In this document: one piece after another, positions 19,276-27,234 of the stretch
Layout: every line of letters begins with the position of its first letter
Position numbering within the stretch: position 1 is the stretch's first letter
Sequence record: OR352938.1
Source of the DNA: Escherichia phage AV108
DNA: 64,000 nt
Direction: 5' to 3' (one strand)
Translations under genes and position numbers: made by a program
The notes under the pieces: model-generated
Databases searched by the model: none
Told to the model about the DNA's origin: nothing
Seen by the model: the letters and a program-made list of their open reading frames with translations, nothing else

Positions 19276-19537
19276 AAAAGCATTTTTCTTCATAGTCATA
19301 GAAAATGTCAAAGTATGCCTTTTCCACATACTCGCCATTAATCCAAGCGGCAGTAACAATCAGAGTGGTCCAGTTAGATCCGCTCTCAACGGTAAAGGTT
19401 TTAATACCCAGCTTCGCTGCCAAGTCGAACGCAAACCGGACGCAACCACGACAGGAAGTGATATTGGAAGTTTTGATTTTAAAGCCACCGCGAGTTTTAG
19501 AAATTTCTACTTTAGCGAAAGACAGGTTGCTCATTTT
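19256..19537 (-). CDS. hypothetical early protein (93 aa)
   Basis: ORF track 19256..19591; ATG at 19537 directly follows aggagaatcaaa leader. Confidence 0.5.
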   Translation of the reverse strand, partial: KMSNLSFAKVEISKTRGGFKIKTSNITSCRGCVRFAFDLAAKLGIKTFTVESGSNWTTLIVTAAWINGEYVEKAYFDIFYDYEEKCFYALQDM

Positions 19538-19607
19538 GATTCTCCTTAAAAAAGTGTGTTTCGTTTTGATGTGTGTAGTATAGGGGATCACCGATCCCCT
19601 GTCAACA
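19538..19607 (-). promoter_or_regulatory. PeSL-like early promoter-leader cassette
   Basis: Minus strand GTTGACA, palindrome ggggatcggtgatcccc (two GATC), -10 TATACT, leader cgaaacgaaacacac...aggagaatcaaaATG. Confidence 0.6.
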
Positions 19608-19613
19608 ACTTTT

Positions 19614-19943
19614 TTATGATTTTAGTGAATTAACCACTACATCAAAATGATGTACAGAGCACACCTTACGAAACACATACTCATCATGTTTAGGGGTCGC
19701 CCCCAACCTCTCTATTTCGCTCGCCATAACGACAAACTGTTTATCTGGTGCATATGCCTTGTGTGCTTCAACAACGCACGGAAAACGCGTTTTAGAGAGT
19801 TCTGGATAGTTTTCTGAATCCAGAAGGACGATGAATACCCTATTACATTGATTGTAGAATCCGGTTTTTGATTTCATCAAGTTTTCTTCTCTGTGCAATT
19901 CGTGCAATCTTCCTTTCATGATTTCGTTGGTTCCTGTCTTCAT
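19614..19943 (-). CDS. hypothetical early protein (109 aa; overlaps upstream ORF by ~100 nt)
   Basis: ORF track; long out-of-frame overlap with 19843..20181. Confidence 0.4.
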   Translation of the reverse strand: MKTGTNEIMKGRLHELHREENLMKSKTGFYNQCNRVFIVLLDSENYPELSKTRFPCVVEAHKAYAPDKQFVVMASEIERLGATPKHDEYVFRKVCSVHHFDVVVNSLKS

Positions 19944-20181
19944 AGTCTACCCACTCAACAAGATCTTTACCTAACTCGAAAGCCCATTCTCGATCCTGCT
20001 TTACGTTTTGTAGGTATGAGCTTTCCGACACTCGACGAAGTGATGTTGTCGTAACAAGAATGATCTCAGGAATGGTCGGATGTTCTTTTCCATATACAAT
20101 AGGACGCGAGTCACTATCAATACCTTGTAAGAAGGTGTATCCTGAATCACTTAGAATCATATACTTTTTCATTTCACACAT
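19843..20181 (-). CDS. hypothetical early protein (~112 aa)
   Basis: ORF track 19843..20184; ATG overlapping the stop of the upstream gene; GAGGAA RBS. Confidence 0.45.
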   Translation of the reverse strand: MCEMKKYMILSDSGYTFLQGIDSDSRPIVYGKEHPTIPEIILVTTTSLRRVSESSYLQNVKQDREWAFELGKDLVEWVDYEDRNQRNHERKIARIAQRRKLDEIKNRILQSM

Positions 20182-20438
20182 CACAGTTTCCTCAACCAGT
20201 TATTCAAGCGAGTAAACCATGATGCTTTTCGTGCTTCTTTTACTTTATGTGCACGTAAACCACTGAAACACCATTCATAATCATCACTGAAACATGATTC
20301 AACAGGAACACCCGCATTTCGTAGTTCTCTGGTCTTTATCATGAATCCTTGACATAAGGGGCGACCTTCAACAATGATAGGAAGTTTAACTTTTTCCATG
20401 AAAGTATACCCAGCACGGTCAATAATTTCAATTTTCAT
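20181..20438 (-). CDS. hypothetical early protein (85 aa)
   Basis: ORF track. Confidence 0.45.
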   Translation of the reverse strand: MKIEIIDRAGYTFMEKVKLPIIVEGRPLCQGFMIKTRELRNAGVPVESCFSDDYEWCFSGLRAHKVKEARKASWFTRLNNWLRKL

Positions 20439-20682
20439 TTACATTATCTCCATAGATCTTTCCAGCAATATCAATTTCACCAGCGCGAACATCTAGGATA
20501 AGATGCGGTAGGTGTATGCAGTTTTCCCACCCTACGCGCTTCATTTCTTCTACGGTAACGTAAGCCCACCCGTTCGCTGTAATAAAGTCTACTTCAACCT
20601 TGAGAGGAAAGCAAGACTTTTCTATGTCTTCGAATCCGACAATATGTTTTGTTGTTGAATATGGAATATATCCGGTGATCAT
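20428..20682 (-). CDS. hypothetical early protein (84 aa)
   Basis: ORF track. Confidence 0.45.
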   Translation of the reverse strand: MITGYIPYSTTKHIVGFEDIEKSCFPLKVEVDFITANGWAYVTVEEMKRVGWENCIHLPHLILDVRAGEIDIAGKIYGDNVNEN

Positions 20683-21113
20683 TTTGTGATCTCCTTATAC
20701 TCAACACACCATAAGCGGGTAGCCCATGATAAACGCTCATAACGCTGGCAGAAATCGGACCATAGATATTGTGCACCGTTCGGCATAGTTGAAATATGCG
20801 TTTTCTCTCCAACTTTCACGAAAGAAGTATTCGATTTTGTGATCTCGACCGGAGTATATCCGAAAGCGGGTTCCAAGCCAACATCTGAACTAAATGCCAA
20901 TTTAACAGAATTTGTTTTTCTGACCGCTGTCCGGTTTCCTTCTGGGTATAGCACAGCAGGTTTAGCGCCTAAGCGGATAAACTCAGTATTTTTAATGAAC
21001 AGAATATCATGATAACCGTCATATTCTGACACTTCCATAGTAACAGGAAAATCGACATGTGCTAAACCTGGTAGATCTCGCATATCATGAAAGGTCGCCA
21101 TCAACTTTTTCAT
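20679..21113 (-). CDS. hypothetical early protein (~144 aa)
   Basis: ORF track 20679..21185; ATG at 21113 with GAGGAA RBS just after the stop of the upstream ORF. Confidence 0.45.
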   Translation of the reverse strand: MKKLMATFHDMRDLPGLAHVDFPVTMEVSEYDGYHDILFIKNTEFIRLGAKPAVLYPEGNRTAVRKTNSVKLAFSSDVGLEPAFGYTPVEITKSNTSFVKVGEKTHISTMPNGAQYLWSDFCQRYERLSWATRLWCVEYKEITK

Positions 21114-21123
21114 TCTATATTCC

Positions 21124-21321
21124 TCACTCTTCTGTTTCATTTCTTTTATATGGTACGATAACAGGATTAATACAGCAAGCACCAATTACGTTATGAGCAC
21201 CACAATTTAAACATTTATAGTCATGGAACTTATTAAGGAATCGACCAAACTCATAACCGACTAGCGCCGCATGTACTTGAGTCTCGATCTCATCCATATC
21301 AGCCAATGTTTTAACCTTCAT
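21124..21321 (-). CDS. small zinc-ribbon protein (~65 aa)
   Basis: ORF track 21124..21360; ATG at 21321 with GAGGATTATACT leader; CLNCGAH...GACCINP Cys cluster. Confidence 0.45.
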   Translation of the reverse strand: MKVKTLADMDEIETQVHAALVGYEFGRFLNKFHDYKCLNCGAHNVIGACCINPVIVPYKRNETEE

Positions 21322-21331
21322 AGTATAATCC

Positions 21332-21622
21332 TCAAATGGTAGTTTTGCGAAGATGGTCATTACATGCTTTTAATGCATCAGTCGCGGTGTCATAGCGAGT
21401 ATTATCATAGCACCAATAACCATCTGTCAACTGATAAATTAATCCATCCTTTTTAGCTTCGATGAAAGATAACTCTTTGAAAGTTTCTACTTTCTTTGCT
21501 GATACTCCACGGTCACGGCGTTTATAGAGTTTAGCTAAAATGCGTTCAGCTTGTTCCTCTTTATCACCTGACAGATCCCAGATGATGTTTCGGATATGCT
21601 TGATTAATTGTTCAGTGGTCAT
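21332..21622 (-). CDS. hypothetical early protein (96 aa)
   Basis: ORF track; first gene after a promoter cassette. Confidence 0.5.
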   Translation of the reverse strand: MTTEQLIKHIRNIIWDLSGDKEEQAERILAKLYKRRDRGVSAKKVETFKELSFIEAKKDGLIYQLTDGYWCYDNTRYDTATDALKACNDHLRKTTI

Positions 21623-21681
21623 CTTTGATTCTCCTTAGTTGGTATGCGTGCATTATAGCATTGTGATTATCTTTGTCAACA
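21623..21681 (-). promoter_or_regulatory. PeSL-like early promoter-leader cassette
   Basis: Minus strand GTTGACA -35, CATAAT-like -10 (tatagcataatgc), leader ...aggagaatcaaagATG. Confidence 0.6.
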
Positions 21682-21689
21682 CCCAAAAA

Positions 21690-21717
21690 CAAAAAAAGGC
21701 TACCCCGAAGGATAGCC
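21690..21717 (-). terminator. rho-independent terminator after the Gly-rich gene
   Basis: Minus strand ggctatccttcggggtagcc hairpin followed by tttttttg. Confidence 0.6.
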
Positions 21718-21725
21718 CATAAAAA

Positions 21726-22502
21726 TTACACGCGAGCACCGTAGATCGTGCCTACTTTATCCCAGCGAGGGGCATTGCCAGTAACAGCCTTACCAGCCGC
21801 TCCGCCATTATACTCTGTACCGTTCCCCTGAGTATTACATCTTCCTCCAGCAGCACCAACGTTACCGCCCGCACCGCCTGTATATGCACTAAGAGACCCC
21901 GAACCAACAGATCCTTTACCCGGAGCGGAAATGGAGCCAGCGGTTGCACCAGAACCCATATTAGAGGAAGACCCGGCAGCACCGAATGGGCGACCACCGC
22001 CACCACCAAATACTAGTCGACCCCTGTTACCTCCACCGCCGCCACCGCCGCCACCAGCGATAGCACCGTTATTTGTAATTCGTAGACGTGTACCGATAGC
22101 GTTATTGATTGCGTTTCCACCAGCAGCGCCAGCAGCGTTACTACCACCATTACCCCCACGTCCGTAGACAGTCACACCGGAGTTAATGATCAATGTTACA
22201 TATTCGTTTGTTAACGAGCTAGGGAAGTCAAGACAAGGAACGCCAGTAGATTGGGAAACAATATCACCCGTGATAGTAATTACTACAGGAGTAGATCCTT
22301 GTGCTTTCATCCAGTTAATAAGAGTGTCTTTATTGTAAGAGTTACTAGCACCAATGCTATAATGAATCTCTTTAGAGCGTCCGACCATTGCCGACATATA
22401 CGCCGGACGACCTAAGCGTACAGCTTGCATTGCGGCGCTCATCCACCGTTGACCAGTCTCGGACACAGCAGATGATCCTACCCATCCAGAAGATATTGCC
22501 AT
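21726..22502 (-). CDS. glycine-rich protein resembling T2/T6-type gp38 long-tail-fibre adhesin (258 aa)
   Basis: N-terminus ...GWVGSSAVSETGQRWMS...; C-terminal ~150 aa dominated by Gly-rich motifs (GRGGNGG, GGGGGGGGGN, FGGGGGRPFGAAG, GGAGGNVGAAGG) separated by short variable segments; ends ...GTIYGARV. Size and motif layout match gp38 adhesins as recalled, not searched. Confidence 0.55.
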   Translation of the reverse strand: MAISSGWVGSSAVSETGQRWMSAAMQAVRLGRPAYMSAMVGRSKEIHYSIGASNSYNKDTLINWMKAQGSTPVVITITGDIVSQSTGVPCLDFPSSLTNEYVTLIINSGVTVYGRGGNGGSNAAGAAGGNAINNAIGTRLRITNNGAIAGGGGGGGGGNRGRLVFGGGGGRPFGAAGSSSNMGSGATAGSISAPGKGSVGSGSLSAYTGGAGGNVGAAGGRCNTQGNGTEYNGGAAGKAVTGNAPRWDKVGTIYGARV

Positions 22503-22556
22503 AAAATTTCCTCACAAGAAAAGCCCCATTTAAGGTGCATTGATTGATAATATTAC

Positions 22557-22779
22557 TTAGATGATCTCTGCTTCACCATTCAGGAAGAAAGACCATGTTT
22601 TGTTAGGATAGCGAAGCGCCCATGATTCAGCAGTTTTAACACCCGCTTCGAACAATTGACGGCTGGTTACTTTAGCCATACCATCGAAGATGGCAACGTT
22701 TTCAATAATCATCGGGTACTTAGCGCCACGCATGAAACCGAAACCAGCGGAAGATTTGATAATTTTAACAGTTGCCATT
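22557..22779 (-). CDS. hypothetical early protein (~74 aa)
   Basis: ORF track 22557..22850; ATG at 22779 directly after aggagaatcaaa leader. Confidence 0.5.
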
Positions 22780-22849
22780 TTGATTCTCCTAGAAAGTGTA
22801 TCTCGTTTCGATGGGTGTATTATGCAATAACACCGGATCGCTGTCAACA
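22780..22849 (-). promoter_or_regulatory. PeSL-like early promoter-leader cassette
   Basis: Minus strand GTTGACA, one GATC in spacer, -10 CATAAT-like, leader cgaaacgagatacac...aggagaatcaaaATG. Confidence 0.6.
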
Positions 22850-22864
22850 CTTTCTAAGAAATTT

Positions 22865-23149
22865 TTAAACTAATCGAATATAACCCAGAATTTCAGCACT
22901 TTTAGCCAGATCTAAAACTTCCCATTCAAGGTCTCCATAGTCATAATTTGCAACCATCAACTGACCATTTTTCATGCAGCAATCATGAGAGAAAATTTGC
23001 CCCGCATAAACTACGATAGTGATAAACTTTCCTGATTCTGGCGGTGTGGAAGACAAAGCGGCCATATGACCATTCAGCTTAGTCACCAGTGATGGAACAA
23101 TAAAATTCGGGCTTACCTTAATACCGTTAAATTCGTTTGTGTCTTTCAT
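22865..23149 (-). CDS. hypothetical early protein (94 aa)
   Basis: ORF track. Confidence 0.45.
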   Translation of the reverse strand: MKDTNEFNGIKVSPNFIVPSLVTKLNGHMAALSSTPPESGKFITIVVYAGQIFSHDCCMKNGQLMVANYDYGDLEWEVLDLAKSAEILGYIRLV

Positions 23150-23496
23150 GCCAGACCTCGCAAAACACTAATAGCATAATCATGCTGGTTATTCATAATA
23201 TCAATTGCATTGTGATAACGAGCTAAACCATCAAGGATAAATTCTTGTTTATCTTGTTTCAGTTTGGTATCACGCGCAGCCATAAGAGCATCAAGAACAG
23301 GTCCAAAGTGATTATCTAATTCATCTTCGGTTGCAATGTTTCCTATTGCCTCGTCGATCCGTGATTCTAATGCTTGCTTTTCGTTGATCACTTGCTGGGT
23401 ATATTCCAACACATCAAGAATATCGCGGGTAACATCGCCATGATAAGGTATTCCCGCATGAAGATGATCAATTAGTCGTTGAATGTCAATGTTCAT
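23146..23496 (-). CDS. hypothetical early protein (116 aa)
   Basis: ORF track; overlapping stop/start with neighbours. Confidence 0.45.
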   Translation of the reverse strand: MNIDIQRLIDHLHAGIPYHGDVTRDILDVLEYTQQVINEKQALESRIDEAIGNIATEDELDNHFGPVLDALMAARDTKLKQDKQEFILDGLARYHNAIDIMNNQHDYAISVLRGLA

Positions 23497-23831
23497 TTGT
23501 AACCCTCCTCTGAAAGCACATCCCAGATCGTTGAGTCAAGGTGCATTAAATTCCACATAATAGAGTCATAACTACCGAAGCCAGAAGTAAAAATTACATC
23601 ACACTGGCGATAGGTCTTATGAAAATCGGTGGCTGTCTCTGCATCAATAGGCATATCGTCACCGGAAAGCACCAGACATTTAAGAATCATAACTCTGTTA
23701 GCCGTTGGCGCTTGCTTAGTCTTTTCAGCATATTTTTCGATGATCCGTTTTGCCTTTTCTTCTTTGATACGTCCAGACCAAATCCGGTTTCGGTATTGAT
23801 TCATAATAATTTCAATCACATCATTTTGCAT
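23493..23831 (-). CDS. hypothetical early protein (112 aa)
   Basis: ORF track. Confidence 0.45.
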   Translation of the reverse strand: MQNDVIEIIMNQYRNRIWSGRIKEEKAKRIIEKYAEKTKQAPTANRVMILKCLVLSGDDMPIDAETATDFHKTYRQCDVIFTSGFGSYDSIMWNLMHLDSTIWDVLSEEGYK

Positions 23832-24030
23832 TCTTCACGGTCTCCATAATTGTTTTGTAAGCCAGTTTAAGATGATCACCGAAAAACTTTGCGGTGTTAC
23901 CCTTCGGATCGCGGAGCATGGTTTCTACGATCTCATCGGCAGTAACAATTTCTCCTTTCTTTGCTGCATGTTCTACCATATACTTCAAAGTTTCTTCGGA
24001 AGCAAGTGCTGCCGCTACTGGATTAATCAT
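23821..24030 (-). CDS. hypothetical early protein (69 aa)
   Basis: ORF track; first gene after a promoter cassette. Confidence 0.5.
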   Translation of the reverse strand: MINPVAAALASEETLKYMVEHAAKKGEIVTADEIVETMLRDPKGNTAKFFGDHLKLAYKTIMETVKNAK

Positions 24031-24091
24031 TTTTGATTCTCCTTTGTTGTCGATATGTGCATTATGCTATACCCTATTCCGGTTGTCAACA
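24031..24091 (-). promoter_or_regulatory. PeSL-like early promoter-leader cassette
   Basis: Minus strand GTTGACA, tatagcataatgcac -10 region, leader ...aaaggagaatcaaaaATG. Confidence 0.6.
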
Positions 24092-24097
24092 CCTAAA

Positions 24098-24130
24098 AAC
24101 GAAAAAGCCACCCTTTCGGATGGCTTTTTG
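24098..24130 (-). terminator. rho-independent terminator downstream of the Dps-like gene
   Basis: Minus strand agccatccgaaagggtggct hairpin followed by ttttcgttttt. Confidence 0.6.
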
Positions 24131-24359
24131 ATTATATTTTATTCACGTCCATTTGTATAGTAGTGTTTGAATCGACCTTTGCTAAACTAGTTAAACATAG
24201 TAACCAATTCACCATCCCTTTCCAATGATAACCCTTCCTCATCTTAGACGGGTCTTCCGATTCGGTAGTAATTGAACACGCGAAAGTATGAGGAAGCCAA
24301 ATAGTTGTGTTAATGCTAGTATTCTTTTACTTCTGGTATGCATCCCACAGTGACTAACA

Positions 24360-24758
24360 TTAATCCAGTCGAGTGAGTTTATAAATTGTTTTAAAGCATA
24401 GAGCTTTGATATCGTCTAAAACGCTCTGTAACGAGCTATCAACATCATTATAAATCTCACTAGCCATTTGCGTTAACTCTTGCAAATAGGCAATTTCGCT
24501 AATCTCCTTGCGGACGACCAACTTTGGCTGATAACGACCAGTGATCCCAATATTGGTTTCAGTGAAATTATCAACCAATTCTTGCATTTCAAGATAGAAC
24601 TCTTCTAGAGCCTTATGTTTTGCATAAGATCCAGGACCAGTTACCCCAAAATGCGCAGAATGCATATAAGTAACACTCATCAGACATTCACCGATAAAGC
24701 GGTCAACTTTATTAGCCTTTCCCTCTTCGGACGTCTTTAGAAAATCACTGAATTTCAT
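24360..24758 (-). CDS. Dps-like mini-ferritin (ferritin-like four-helix-bundle protein, ~133 aa)
   Basis: ORF track 24360..24857; likely start ATG at 24758. AHF-(x11)-H-(x14)-D-(x3)-E has the same spacing as the E. coli Dps ferroxidase ligands H51/H63/D78/E82. Confidence 0.6.
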   Translation of the reverse strand: MKFSDFLKTSEEGKANKVDRFIGECLMSVTYMHSAHFGVTGPGSYAKHKALEEFYLEMQELVDNFTETNIGITGRYQPKLVVRKEISEIAYLQELTQMASEIYNDVDSSLQSVLDDIKALCFKTIYKLTRLD

Positions 24759-25047
24759 GTTCTCGATTCTCCATATTATGCAACAGAACAAATTGTTGTG
24801 CGGCATATCCCCCCATAATAAAACACTGCCTAGAATCCATACATTTACTACGAGCATACATCTTCATAATATGGGCATGAAATTTCTGGCTGGTTTCAAT
24901 GGAAGGAGATATTTTGTTTACATATACTATCATTGCGCCGTCGAAATAATCAGTAAAGTCACCAGTTGGATCATATTGATCAGCACTGACACTTCCGACC
25001 GCAGTCAAGCATATTGCCGCTGTTAGAGTTTTACGAATAAATGACAT
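24745..25047 (-). CDS. exported protein with N-terminal signal peptide (100 aa)
   Basis: MSFIRKTLTAAICLTAVGSVSA-DQ: basic N-region, hydrophobic core, AxA-like cleavage site. Confidence 0.55.
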   Translation of the reverse strand: MSFIRKTLTAAICLTAVGSVSADQYDPTGDFTDYFDGAMIVYVNKISPSIETSQKFHAHIMKMYARSKCMDSRQCFIMGGYAAQQFVLLHNMENREHEIQ

Positions 25048-25080
25048 AAGTCATTCCCCCAGATTGAAAATATTCAGTTA

Positions 25081-25088
25081 TATTTATA
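25081..25088 (-). promoter_or_regulatory. T4-type late promoter motif TATAAATA
   Basis: Plus-strand tatttata, i.e. TATAAATA on minus, ~35 nt upstream of the 25047 start codon in the tk-downstream intergenic region. Confidence 0.4.
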
Positions 25089-25115
25089 ATCCGGGGCTTT
25101 ATTTATGATTAACTC

Positions 25116-25712
25116 TTATTTGGTAGTACCATCAATAAAATGTTTACGACACACAGAAACATATTTATCCTCTGCACCAACTTCTATTTGAGCACCATCG
25201 CGAATAACATTACCATCTTTATCTACGCGAAGGACCATAGTCGCTTTCTTGCCACAATGACAAATACCCTTCATTTCGACCAGTTTATCAGCAAATGCCA
25301 TTAATGCCGCAGATCCTTCAAATAGATTGCCCTGAAAGTCAGTGCGAAGGCCATAGCACAGTACAGGGATATTAGCATCATCAACAAGCGCACACAAGCC
25401 TAAAACATGCTCTTTAGTCATAAATTGGGCTTCATCTACAAATACAGCATCAGGACGCCAGCGATCCGTTCTACGCTTACCTAGTGATTCACGATAAACC
25501 AAGTCGAAAAGATCATCCGATTTAGTGAAGGTGATCGCTGGAGCACTTAGACCAATTCGGGAAACGACTTCACTTTCTGAATCTCGATTATCAATCGCTG
25601 GTTTAAGAATTAATACTCGCATATCACGTTCGGTATAGTTATAAGCACTTTGTAACAGAGAAGTTGATTTGCCAGCGTTCATAGATGCATAGTAGAAATA
25701 TAATTGCGCCAT
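25116..25712 (-). CDS. tk: thymidine kinase
   Basis: 198 aa; YYASMNAGKSTSLLQ P-loop, VFVDEAQF, GLRTDFQG, CHCGKKA zinc motif; colinear with T4 Tk as recalled. Confidence 0.92.
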   Translation of the reverse strand: MAQLYFYYASMNAGKSTSLLQSAYNYTERDMRVLILKPAIDNRDSESEVVSRIGLSAPAITFTKSDDLFDLVYRESLGKRRTDRWRPDAVFVDEAQFMTKEHVLGLCALVDDANIPVLCYGLRTDFQGNLFEGSAALMAFADKLVEMKGICHCGKKATMVLRVDKDGNVIRDGAQIEVGAEDKYVSVCRKHFIDGTTK

Positions 25713-26005
25713 TAATTAATCTCCAAAAATCCAACAAGACCTAAACCGATATAAGTCCAGATACAAAGGAAAAAGAAGCAAACACCCATAGCAAAGATAA
25801 ATCCGCGTAGTGTCTTTGGATAACCTACCCAATATTCCCGACCATCTTCTAACCGGATCAACTTATTGCCTTGCGAGTCCATATCAACTACAACATGTTT
25901 ATTTCGAGATTGCAATAGATATTGTTTTACAATCTCTACACCCGCCATAATAACAATAACGAAAATAAAAGTCCACACAACAAGATTAATGATAGTCTCA
26001 AGCAT
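25712..26005 (-). CDS. small membrane protein (97 aa, two predicted TM helices)
   Basis: Hydrophobic N- and C-terminal segments (LVVWTFIFVIVIMAGV; FIFAMGVCFFFLCIWTYIGLGLVGF). Confidence 0.5.
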   Translation of the reverse strand: MLETIINLVVWTFIFVIVIMAGVEIVKQYLLQSRNKHVVVDMDSQGNKLIRLEDGREYWVGYPKTLRGFIFAMGVCFFFLCIWTYIGLGLVGFLEIN

Positions 26006-26216
26006 TTTCTATCACCTCCACCCAATCAGGTGTTTCCTGAAAGACTCCTTCACCTTCATGATGGTCGCAACCTTTATTGCTGCAATACATCCACCAATCC
26101 CACATTCCCCACGGTAAACGCTGCATATCGTCGTTACAGCAAGTGAAGATAATAGGCCAACCACATCTAACACATCGGCAGTTTTCCTTCATGTGTGCGG
26201 TATTAGGCTTCTTCAT
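25998..26216 (-). CDS. Cys/Trp-rich small protein (~72 aa)
   Basis: ORF track 25998..26240; ATG at 26216 overlaps stop of upstream ORF; CRCVRCGW...TCCND...CSNKGCDHH. Confidence 0.45.
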   Translation of the reverse strand: MKKPNTAHMKENCRCVRCGWPIIFTCCNDDMQRLPWGMWDWWMYCSNKGCDHHEGEGVFQETPDWVEVIENA

Positions 26217-26407
26217 AGATGACTCCAATATAATCGACATTTACATTTAGGGCAATGCGGTTCTTTAATATAATACCCGTCTGTCTTTGGAACACTAACA
26301 GGAGCGGTTTTTATATTGTATTCAGTGAAACAACGAAAACAAGTTACGTTTTCTACAGACTGACGTTTCACCCAATCACCGGAATATAGATCATTTTTAT
26401 TTGTCAT
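26213..26407 (-). CDS. zinc-ribbon protein (~64 aa)
   Basis: ORF track 26213..26443; ATG at 26407; CFRC...CPKCKC. Confidence 0.45.
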   Translation of the reverse strand: MTNKNDLYSGDWVKRQSVENVTCFRCFTEYNIKTAPVSVPKTDGYYIKEPHCPKCKCRLYWSHL

Positions 26408-26852
26408 ATTCAACCACCACAATGTTAATGTCTGGAGTAGCAATATTAATAATCTCTTCTACACACTCCCACTCAAGGCCACCGATACCGCAACCGATTT
26501 TAGGAATATAGAAAGGCTGTATAGCACCCTCAAAAACATCATTGAGAGACTCAAATCCTTTCAGGATAGCACCATATTCAGCATTTGGACCCGGTCGGAA
26601 TTGGGTATAGAGATTCACCCCGCACCAGTTATAACCATTAACTTGATGCGTCCAGATACTAAACCCACCCAGCTTTTCTACCTTACCGCGAGAAGTTTGC
26701 TTGTCAATCTCTAACGCTTGCGGGAACTCTTTCGCGATCTTTGCAGCAATACCAGCACCCATAGTATGAAAACAATTACAACCATGAATTAAATGACCGT
26801 TTCCTTGTTTAAACAGGGCGATGAGATCGCCCTTTACAGTATCAATAATCAT
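26397..26852 (-). CDS. macrodomain protein, TARG1/OARD1/DarG-like (ADP-ribose binding or hydrolase)
   Basis: 151 aa; VKGDLIALFKQGNGHLIHGCNCFHTMGAGIAAKIAKEF and PKIGCGIGGLEWECVEEI match the TARG1-type signatures (VKGDLFA..LAHCIS..MGAGIA..F and PRIGCGLDRLQWENV) as recalled. Confidence 0.75.
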   Translation of the reverse strand: MIIDTVKGDLIALFKQGNGHLIHGCNCFHTMGAGIAAKIAKEFPQALEIDKQTSRGKVEKLGGFSIWTHQVNGYNWCGVNLYTQFRPGPNAEYGAILKGFESLNDVFEGAIQPFYIPKIGCGIGGLEWECVEEIINIATPDINIVVVEYDK

Positions 26853-26867
26853 AATATAAACCTCTCA

Positions 26868-27227
26868 TTAGTCACGGGAAGACAACCCAGCCATAAAACG
26901 GCTTAACAGTGTGTCGCGATAAGCAAAGCATAATTGCTTATCAGGGGCAGTATCACAAAGGTTGCGTTTTGTTTTAGCAAAGCTGGCAATACTCAGATCC
27001 CACGCTCGATTTTTTCGTTTTTCGTCTCGACCTTGTTTGTATGCTTCGTCGAGTTCAAGTGCGATAAAATCACTACACATGTTATCATCATCACAGAAAG
27101 TTTTAATGATCTTTTTGTTGATCTCAAATCCTTTGTATTCGAACTTTGGATAAGGGCGCTCATTACTAGCAAGCGCACCAGCCGAGAACATCATAGCAAT
27201 CATAGCAATTATTGTCAACTTTTTCAT
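26868..27227 (-). CDS. secreted/periplasmic protein with signal peptide (119 aa, 4 Cys)
   Basis: MKKLTIIAMIAMMFSAGALA-SNE signal peptide. Confidence 0.55.
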   Translation of the reverse strand: MKKLTIIAMIAMMFSAGALASNERPYPKFEYKGFEINKKIIKTFCDDDNMCSDFIALELDEAYKQGRDEKRKNRAWDLSIASFAKTKRNLCDTAPDKQLCFAYRDTLLSRFMAGLSSRD

Positions 27228-27234
27228 ATATTCC

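Noticed and set aside
21931-22167. Proline-rich plus-strand ORF (PPPPPPPPPP)
   Set aside because: It is the antisense reading of the GGN-rich codons of the glycine-rich gp38-like gene; an artefact of that composition.
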